NCBI GenBank assembly: GCA_031271815.1
Contig: JAISVA010000033.1
Location: 121,234 to 185,233, forward strand
DNA: 64,000 nucleotides
Direction: 5' to 3'
DNA from: Prevotellaceae bacterium
Lineage (GTDB): Bacteria > Bacteroidota > Bacteroidia > Bacteroidales > Paludibacteraceae
The translations under genes were made by a program, and so were the position numbers. Below are positions 57,607-64,000 of the stretch, in pieces (position 1 is the stretch's first letter; every line of letters begins with the position of its first letter). The notes under the pieces are model-generated. The model was given only the letters and a program-made list of their open reading frames with translations, did not search any database and was not told the origin of the DNA.

Positions 57607-57614
57607 TAACTTTG
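57607..57614 (+). promoter_or_regulatory. TAnnTTTG -7 promoter element for the epimerase/dehydratase gene
   Basis: taactttg lies 38 nt upstream of ATG 57652. Confidence 0.4.
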
Positions 57615-57651
57615 CAGTTTATTCTTTTTAACTCTTTTTAGTATTGGCAGC

Positions 57652-58671
57652 ATGAAAATATTATTTATCGGAGGAACCGGCACTATAAGCGCCGCTATTT
57701 CAACGCTTTTGGTCGAACAGGGACATGAGCTTTACCTGCTTAATCGCGGAAATCGAAACAATGTAATTCCGCAGGGAGCCATTTCGCTGATAGCGGACAT
57801 TAACAATGAAAAGGCAGTTTCGGAGTTAATCAGGGATTTGACTTTTGATGCGGTGGCAGATTTTATTGCCTTTGTCCCCGAGCACCTGGAGCGCGATTAC
57901 CGGTTATTTAAGGGTAAAACGAGGCAATTTTTGTTTATCAGTTCTGCTTCGGCTTATCAAAAACCACTGTCGGATTACCGGATAACGGAGGGAACGCCGC
58001 TGTCTAATCCCTATTGGGAATATTCGCGAAATAAGATAGCATGCGAGGATTACCTGATGCGGCTTTATCGCGACGAGGGATTTCCGGTAACCATTGTCCG
58101 CCCAAGTTATACGTATGACGAACGTTCCGTTCCGCTCGGAGTACACGGCAAAAAAGGGAGCTGGCAGGTCGTCAAGCGGATCAAGGAAGGAAAGCCGGTC
58201 ATCATTCACGGCGACGGCACCTCGCTTTGGACAATGACGCACAACAGTGATTTTGCCAATGGTTTCGCCGGACTTTTGGGCAATATTCAAGCCACAGGCG
58301 AGTCTGTTCAGATTACTTCGGATGAGACGCTTACCTGGAATCAGATTTATGAATCTATCGCGGGCGCATTGGGAGTCAAATTAAGCGCCATACACGTATC
58401 TTCCGAATTTTTGGCGGCTTGCAGCGATTATGATTTTGTTGGCGGCTTAATCGGCGACAAGGCAAATTCCGTTGTTTTTGAAAATACCAAACTGAAGCGG
58501 TTAGTTCCCGGTTTTGCCGCTGTCAAGCGTTTTGATAACGGTATAAAAGAGACGATCGATTATGTATTGTCGCACAAAGAATGTCAGATTGCCGACGAAG
58601 AATTTGACCGGTGGTGCGATGTGGTAATAGAAACGCTTGAAAATGCGGCTGAGAAGATTAAAAACAGCTAA
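57652..58671 (+). CDS. NAD-dependent epimerase/dehydratase family protein (extended SDR)
   Basis: Rossmann motif ILFIGGTGTIS. Catalytic YxxxK region (YEYSRNK). 339 aa. Confidence 0.8.
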   Translation: MKILFIGGTGTISAAISTLLVEQGHELYLLNRGNRNNVIPQGAISLIADINNEKAVSELIRDLTFDAVADFIAFVPEHLERDYRLFKGKTRQFLFISSASAYQKPLSDYRITEGTPLSNPYWEYSRNKIACEDYLMRLYRDEGFPVTIVRPSYTYDERSVPLGVHGKKGSWQVVKRIKEGKPVIIHGDGTSLWTMTHNSDFANGFAGLLGNIQATGESVQITSDETLTWNQIYESIAGALGVKLSAIHVSSEFLAACSDYDFVGGLIGDKANSVVFENTKLKRLVPGFAAVKRFDNGIKETIDYVLSHKECQIADEEFDRWCDVVIETLENAAEKIKNS

Positions 58672-58780
58672 TAAATAAGTTTTTCGCAGGAATTACATCC
58701 TGTGTTTTATAATCTCATCTCTTCGGGATTCCCGATTCTGTTCAGAAGCTGTTTCGAAAATCCGCCAATTACACGAATGA

Positions 58781-58808
58781 GCAGATAATTAAGATCTTAA
58801 TTATCTGC
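58781..58808. terminator. perfect 28-bp palindrome between the convergent SDR and gpmI genes
   Basis: gcagataattaagatcttaattatctgc, flanked by the inverted repeats aattacacgaat/attcgtgtaatt. Confidence 0.45.
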
Positions 58809-58935
58809 TATTTGCAATTTTAAACTACAGCCTTAATAAATTAAACAATTTGTGTTTATTCGTGTAATTGACGGATTTTTGAGAAAACCTCGTTACGGAC
58901 GATCCTGTTACCGGGCAGGACGGTGTGAATCCTGC

Positions 58936-60465
58936 TTAATTTTTAATCAGGTTTTTTCCCGTCATATCCTTCGGTTGAGGGATTCCGAGCAATGCGCAGA
59001 CGGAAGGTGCAACGTCGGCTAAGATTCCGTCTTCCACTTTTGCGTTTTTGTCGTTGCTGACGTAAACGAACGGAACAGGGTTCAACGAGTGAGCCGTATT
59101 CGGCGTTCCGTCCGGGTTGACTGCGTTGTCGGCGTTCCCGTGGTCGGCAATGATGATTACGTCGTACCCGTTTGCTTTTGCCGATTCAACCGTTTTTTCC
59201 ACGCAATTATCAATCGTAGTAACCGCCTTTTCGATTGCCTCGTAAATTCCGGTATGTCCCACCATGTCGCCGTTGGCAAAATTCAGCGCAATAAAGTCGA
59301 ATTTTTTCTTGTCCAACTCTTTAGTCAGTGCATCGGCAACTTCGTAGGCGCTCATTTCCGGTTGCAGGTCGTAAGTGGCGACTTTCGGTGAAGCAATCAG
59401 GATGCGTTCTTCGAGGTCAAATTCGCTTTCGCGACCGCCGGAGAAAAAGAAGGTAACATGTGCAAATTTTTCGGTTTCGGCGATGCGCAGCTGTTTCTTG
59501 CCTGCTTTTGAAACGATTTCGCCTAATGTATCTTGAACATTATCCTTATCGAATAAAATATAAACTCCGTTGAAAGATGAGTCGTAAGGAGTCATTGTGA
59601 AATACTGCAGATTCGGAATGGTCATCATTCCTTCTTCCGGCATATCTTTTTGTGTCAATACAACAGTCAACTCCTTGGCGCGGTCATTCCGGTAGTTGAA
59701 GAAGATAACCACATCTCCCTCTTCGATTTTCCCGAGCGGTTTGCCGTTTGCATCCACGTGGACAACAGGCTTGATAAATTCGTCCGTAATTCCTTCTGCA
59801 TAAGAATCAGCCATTGCCTGAACCATATCGGTCGAAGGTTTACCAATACCTTTCACCATCAGGTCGTATGCCACCTTTATGCGTTCCCAGCGCTTGTCGC
59901 GATCCATTGCATAATAGCGGCCGATGATGGAGGCTATTTTTCCGGTATTGGCAGCCAGCTGTTTTTCCAGCGCCTCGATAAAGCCCTTTCCGCTTTTCGG
60001 GTCGGTATCGCGTCCGTCCATAAAACAGTGTATAAAGGTTTTATCCAATCCGTATATCTTTGAAATTTCAATCAGTTTAAACAAATGGTCTAACGAACTG
60101 TGCACGCCACCATCGGAAACCAAACCCATAAAATGGATTTGCTTTCCTTGTTCCCTGGCATACGAAAAAGCTCTTTTTATTTCCGGATTTTCGAGGATGC
60201 TGTTATCGCGGCAAGCGATGTTGATTTTTACCAAATCCTGATATACTACGCGTCCGGCTCCGATGTTGAGGTGTCCTACTTCCGAGTTACCCATCTGACC
60301 GTCGGGCAAGCCGACATTTTCGCCCGAAGCCTGCAACTGCGAATGCGGATAGTTTTTTAGCAACGAATCCCAATAAGGAGTTGGCGTGGAGTAAATAACG
60401 TTCGATTTTGTTTGATTTCCAAATCCCCAGCCATCGAGGATCATCAGTAATACTTTTTTGTCCAT
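58936..60465 (-). CDS. gpmI: 2,3-bisphosphoglycerate-independent phosphoglycerate mutase
   Basis: [14 protein letters not shown]… and alkaline-phosphatase-superfamily metal ligands (ADHGN). 509 aa. Confidence 0.95.
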   Translation of the reverse strand: MDKKVLLMILDGWGFGNQTKSNVIYSTPTPYWDSLLKNYPHSQLQASGENVGLPDGQMGNSEVGHLNIGAGRVVYQDLVKINIACRDNSILENPEIKRAFSYAREQGKQIHFMGLVSDGGVHSSLDHLFKLIEISKIYGLDKTFIHCFMDGRDTDPKSGKGFIEALEKQLAANTGKIASIIGRYYAMDRDKRWERIKVAYDLMVKGIGKPSTDMVQAMADSYAEGITDEFIKPVVHVDANGKPLGKIEEGDVVIFFNYRNDRAKELTVVLTQKDMPEEGMMTIPNLQYFTMTPYDSSFNGVYILFDKDNVQDTLGEIVSKAGKKQLRIAETEKFAHVTFFFSGGRESEFDLEERILIASPKVATYDLQPEMSAYEVADALTKELDKKKFDFIALNFANGDMVGHTGIYEAIEKAVTTIDNCVEKTVESAKANGYDVIIIADHGNADNAVNPDGTPNTAHSLNPVPFVYVSNDKNAKVEDGILADVAPSVCALLGIPQPKDMTGKNLIKN

Positions 60466-60804
60466 TTTACCTGTTATTAAAAGCGAATTAGTTGTAATAT
60501 TTTAGTTTTTTGAGTTGCAAAGTTAGTAAATTTGGGCGAAATACGTTCATCCTTCAACGTATAAAGAGGCCGAACGCACGAAATTTAACCGCCGCTCCAA
60601 CAGGTCGAAAACCTTGTGATAATCAGGCGTCAGTCAATGTCCGGCAATTTAAACTCGCCGTTTCAATCGAAATCGCCGCTGAAACAGTAACCTGTGTTAT
60701 CGAATCGTTTCTCCGTTCTTCATTGCACGGAAAAGCAGAAGATTATGTCCGGCAAAATAAAAATTCCGTCTAAATTAAATCATCCAACCTATCTAAATTT
60801 ATAT

Positions 60805-60812
60805 TACCTTTG
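60805..60812 (+). promoter_or_regulatory. TAnnTTTG -7 promoter element for the NfeD-like/flotillin operon
   Basis: tacctttg lies 20 nt upstream of ATG 60832. Confidence 0.4.
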
Positions 60813-60831
60813 AGAATTAAAAACGAACTGT

Positions 60832-61344
60832 ATGGCTTGGTATGAAATTATGCTGTTATTAACGGGAGGATTGTTTGTAATCTCCTCCATCCTTTCATTA
60901 TTATTCGGCGAGTTGGATATGGATTTTGATTCGGGTACGGATGCGATTTTGAGTGACATTATTTCATTCAAAGGTCTTTTGCATTTCTGCATCGGCTTTT
61001 CCCTTGTGCTGACTCTGATGCGGGAGGTTACGGTTATTTCCGTTGCCTGCGGTGTAATCACGGGAATGATATTTTCTATCGTACTGTTTTTTTTATATAA
61101 ATTTATCTACGAAAAGGCTCAACAGCATCTGCAATACACCGAAAACATTCATGAATTGGACGCAGAAGTTTACTTTTGGGATAAAACCTCGCGAACGGGC
61201 GAAGTTTTTGTTTCGCTGGAAGGTCGCCCCGTAACGATTTCCATCCGGTGTCCCGAATGCGTTGACCTGCAAAAAGGACAAAAGCTGAAAGTTTCCGGAA
61301 CCCGCAAATTAGTTTATCCGAGCGAAACTGAAAATCAACATTAA
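60832..61344 (+). CDS. NfeD-family membrane protein (flotillin-associated)
   Basis: Three N-terminal TM helices and a C-terminal OB-fold-like beta domain. Immediately upstream of the flotillin gene. Confidence 0.6.
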   Translation: MAWYEIMLLLTGGLFVISSILSLLFGELDMDFDSGTDAILSDIISFKGLLHFCIGFSLVLTLMREVTVISVACGVITGMIFSIVLFFLYKFIYEKAQQHLQYTENIHELDAEVYFWDKTSRTGEVFVSLEGRPVTISIRCPECVDLQKGQKLKVSGTRKLVYPSETENQH

Positions 61345-61381
61345 TCACTAAAACTTATTAATCACTTAAAACGTTAAAAAA

Positions 61382-62953
61382 ATGGAAGGAAACTTATTTA
61401 CGATCATCGGGGTCTTATTCCTCGTTGTTGTCCTGACACTCGTCGGCATCCTGTCGCGTTACAGGAAGTGCAAGTCGGACGAGATCCTGGTTATCTACGG
61501 TAAAACCGGCGGAAACAAATCGTCGAAGTGTATCCAGGGCGGGGCGGCATTTGTTGTTCCCATCTTGCAGGGATATGCTTATATGTCATTGAAACCCTTG
61601 CAGTTTGAATGTAACCTGCAAAAAGCCCTCTCTTCGCAAAACATACGCGTGGATGTGCCGACAACCGTAACAGTGGGCATCAGCACCGAGCCGGAAGTGA
61701 TGCAGGTTGCCGCAGAACGTATTTTGGGGTTGGATCAGAACGGCATCGAGGATTTAGTGCGTGATATTGTTTACGGACAAATGCGTACGATCATTGCCGA
61801 TATGACCATTGAGAAATTGAATGCCGACCGTGACGAATTTCTGGCAAAAGCGAAGAGCTTGATTGACACCGAATTGAAAAAAATCGGTTTGCTTTTAATT
61901 AATATTAATATTACCGATATTCGCGATGAAGCCGGATACATTGTTCAGCTGGGTAAAAAAGACCAGGCAAAAGCGATCAACCAGGCAAACATCGAAATCT
62001 CCAACGCCGAACGTGAAGGGGAAACCAAAGTAGCGGAACAGTTGAAAATCAAAAATTCGGTTATCGCCGAAACAAAAAAGGAGGAACAGGTAGCTATTGC
62101 CAATTCCCTTCGCGACCAGAATATTTCGGTGGCGCAAGCCGAATCCGAACGGGATTCAAAAGTGGCTGAAGCAAAGAAAGACAGGGATATTAACGTTGCC
62201 AACTACAACTCGGAAGCGAGAGTGGGAGAAATCGAAGCAATGAAAAAAGTAACCGTTTCCAACGCCGAGCTGGAAGTAATCAAAGCCGAAGCGCAGGGAC
62301 GCTCACAATCGGCCGACGAGCGTGCAAGAGCTGAAATCGAAAAAAACAAGGAGCTGGCTCGCAAAGAAGCCGAAGAAGCCCGCGCAAAACGTATGGAAGC
62401 AGCACTGACTGCCGAACAGATCGTTCCGGCGGAGGTTTCCAAACAACAAAAGCTGATTGACGCACAAGCCTATCAGTTAAAACTCGAAAAAGAGGCTGAA
62501 GCAAATGCGAACAAGCAACGTATCGAAGCGCAGGGTAAAGCCGATGCTTATGCCTCTGAAGGAAAGGGTAGGGGAGAAGCAGTAAGGGCAGAAGGTTTGG
62601 CGCAGGCGGAAGTTATCAAAGAACAGGGTTTGGCAAAAGCCGCCGCCGAGAAAGCCTCATTGATGGCTCAGGCAGAAGGGTTTGAAGCGATGGTAAAAGT
62701 GGCGGAAAACAACCCGCAAGTCGCCATCCAGTGGAAAATGGTTGAACAGTGGAGAGACATTGCCGCCGAACAGGTGAAAGCCTTCGAGAAGATTACCTTA
62801 GGTAACGTCAACGTGATGGACACTACAAACGGGAATACGCTGACCAGCTTACTGACCGGCCTGGTATCAGCCATCGCTCCGGTGACGGACATTATGAAAA
62901 CCATTCCGGGCATTCCAGATGCACTGAAAGTAAAGGATGGAAACGAAAAATAA
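61382..62953 (+). CDS. flotillin family protein (SPFH/band 7 domain)
   Basis: N-terminal TM anchor, SPFH domain, and an extended Ala/Glu/Lys-rich coiled-coil flotillin domain. 523 aa. Confidence 0.85.
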   Translation: MEGNLFTIIGVLFLVVVLTLVGILSRYRKCKSDEILVIYGKTGGNKSSKCIQGGAAFVVPILQGYAYMSLKPLQFECNLQKALSSQNIRVDVPTTVTVGISTEPEVMQVAAERILGLDQNGIEDLVRDIVYGQMRTIIADMTIEKLNADRDEFLAKAKSLIDTELKKIGLLLININITDIRDEAGYIVQLGKKDQAKAINQANIEISNAEREGETKVAEQLKIKNSVIAETKKEEQVAIANSLRDQNISVAQAESERDSKVAEAKKDRDINVANYNSEARVGEIEAMKKVTVSNAELEVIKAEAQGRSQSADERARAEIEKNKELARKEAEEARAKRMEAALTAEQIVPAEVSKQQKLIDAQAYQLKLEKEAEANANKQRIEAQGKADAYASEGKGRGEAVRAEGLAQAEVIKEQGLAKAAAEKASLMAQAEGFEAMVKVAENNPQVAIQWKMVEQWRDIAAEQVKAFEKITLGNVNVMDTTNGNTLTSLLTGLVSAIAPVTDIMKTIPGIPDALKVKDGNEK

Positions 62954-62958
62954 GCGCG

Positions 62959-63017
62959 AAGGCACGAAAGCGCGAAGGGGGAGTTTACTTTGCGCTTTCG
63001 TGCCTTATAATAATTTT
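62959..63017 (+). terminator. rho-independent terminator after the flotillin gene (overlaps the 3' end of the convergent thioesterase gene)
   Basis: 15-bp stem aaggcacgaaagcgc/gcgctttcgtgcctt followed by ataataatttt. Confidence 0.55.
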
Positions 63018-63454
63018 GCAAAAGCCTCATCCATCTCCGGAGATTCTCCAAGCCGACCGTTTACAATGCTGACTGTGTCAATTTTCCCTTTCGTGCAAAG
63101 TTCCATATCAGGCAAACGATAGATTTCCTGGAAAAAAACATATCGTATGCCTTCTTTTTTTAAGGCTAACTTACACACAAACTTATCCCCGCTTTTCAAT
63201 GGACGTTTATACGCAATTTCGATTTTTGCCACTACTGCGTCAATGCCTTTTGCGTGCAGTTCGGCAAAATCAAGTCCAGCCGTCTTAATAAACTGGTGGC
63301 GCGTATGTTCCATATAACTTTGGTAAACCGCATTGTTTACGATTCCCTGCAAGTCGCACTCATAGTCGCGCACGTCAAACTTCTGTTCAAAAATAAATTT
63401 CATATCAAATGGTCTGATTTTTAAAACGCAAAAATACAATAATACAAAATACAA
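63005..63454 (-). CDS. acyl-CoA thioesterase (hotdog fold, YbgC/4HBT family)
   Basis: 149 aa. N-terminal catalytic region DYECDLQGIVNNAVYQSYMEHTRHQF is typical of 4HBT thioesterases. Confidence 0.7.
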   Translation of the reverse strand: MYFVLLYFCVLKIRPFDMKFIFEQKFDVRDYECDLQGIVNNAVYQSYMEHTRHQFIKTAGLDFAELHAKGIDAVVAKIEIAYKRPLKSGDKFVCKLALKKEGIRYVFFQEIYRLPDMELCTKGKIDTVSIVNGRLGESPEMDEAFAKLL

Positions 63455-63590
63455 TTAATTTTATCTCTGAAAAAACAAAATAAAGTATTTGTTCAAACAA
63501 AGATAAAACTCATTTAAACTTTTATTAAAAACAATGCGAATGCTAAATAATGCCAATTCATCCAAGAATCATCTGATTTATCAAATCGCA

Positions 63591-64000
63591 CTAAAAGCGT
63601 GGGTGAGGGTTCGGTGGTGTTCTGAAACTATCCAGCCAGGCAAATGCCCGCTCATTGACAAATCTTCTTTTATAAACAATTTCATCAAAAAATCTCTTTC
63701 TACCCCGTTTGGGTTTCTTTCTATTACGCCGGCTTTCCTTGATATTCGGCTCAATATTTCTCCGTCTGCAAGCTCTGCGTAACTTCTTGCAGTCAAATCC
63801 TTTATCAGCATTTAAGATGCTGTTTTCAACCACAATGCCGCAACGATTTAACGATTTTATCATTGTCGAAAAATCAGGTACAATCTGATACAAATCATTG
63901 TGATTGCCGCTTCGTATTCCGCCAATGGCTAACGGAATACCGCGACCATCGGTCATTATCAAAACATTACTTGTTTTCCCTTTTTTGCGATATTGATACC
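63591..64000 (-). mobile_element. IS5-family (IS4/IS5 superfamily, DDE) transposase, C-terminal part. The gene continues beyond the window end
   Basis: NADKGFD (the E-containing part of the DDE motif), then a basic stretch and ERAFAWLDSFR, the characteristic C-terminus of IS5-family transposases. Reading frame is open to the window edge. Confidence 0.55.

Noticed and set aside
1-64000. tRNA or rRNA genes
   Set aside because: - Scanned for T-arm signatures (GGTTCGAATCC/GGTTCAAATCC) and cloverleaf-sized GC-rich islands in intergenic regions, and found none.
- The 57340-57480 GC-richer intergenic patch lacks tRNA landmarks.

Overview
This 64 kb window looks like chromosomal DNA from a Bacteroidetes (Bacteroidales-like) genome.

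Evidence for that assignment:
- Leaderless genes without Shine-Dalgarno sequences.
- Recurrent TAnnTTTG (-7) promoter motifs 20-35 nt upstream of several start codons.
- A secreted protein carrying a type IX secretion system C-terminal signal domain.
- The Na+-pumping methylmalonyl-CoA decarboxylase operon.
- A FecR/ECF sigma-factor regulatory pair.

Right third of the window (about 44-63 kb) is ordinary housekeeping:
- Operon mce-mmdA-mmdC-mmdD-mmdB.
- rplU-rpmA, mnmA, hisA, ftsE, metF, gpmI.
- A membrane NfeD-family protein paired with a flotillin scaffold protein.
- A thioesterase.
- An IS5-family transposase fragment running off the 3' edge.

Left and middle of the window are accessory:
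- Partial alpha-2-macroglobulin gene.
- plsC and a fabK-like gene.
- A two-gene operon for a 1488-aa coiled-coil/beta-rich secreted protein and a 685-aa FN3-repeat secreted protein.
- A tyrosine transposase of the repeat-associated (REP/RAYT) class, flanked by inverted REP copies. More REP copies frame an AT-rich two-gene islet (a PQQ-like beta-propeller protein and a secreted protein with a bacterial SH3-type domain).
- A three-gene surface operon: a 4265-aa adhesin built of beta-helix modules and SprB-type repeats with a type IX secretion signal, an outer-membrane beta-barrel, and a 1387-aa protein with HExxH and C39-like peptidase signatures.
- A 1.2 kb noncoding gap holding an extremely AT-rich promoter region and a 500-bp foldback element bounded by 41-bp inverted repeats.
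- An Rpn (PD-(D/E)XK) nuclease/transposase gene.
- A malQ gene with starch-binding (CBM20) modules.
- A 170-bp long-stem palindromic element.
- An ECF sigma / FecR / ORF6N / signaling-domain beta-barrel module with no SusC/SusD partner. Its last gene carries an A10 coding homopolymer just upstream of an in-frame internal signal-peptide-like start.

No rRNA, tRNA or CRISPR array was found. All protein assignments are from reading motifs in the supplied translations, not from database searches.
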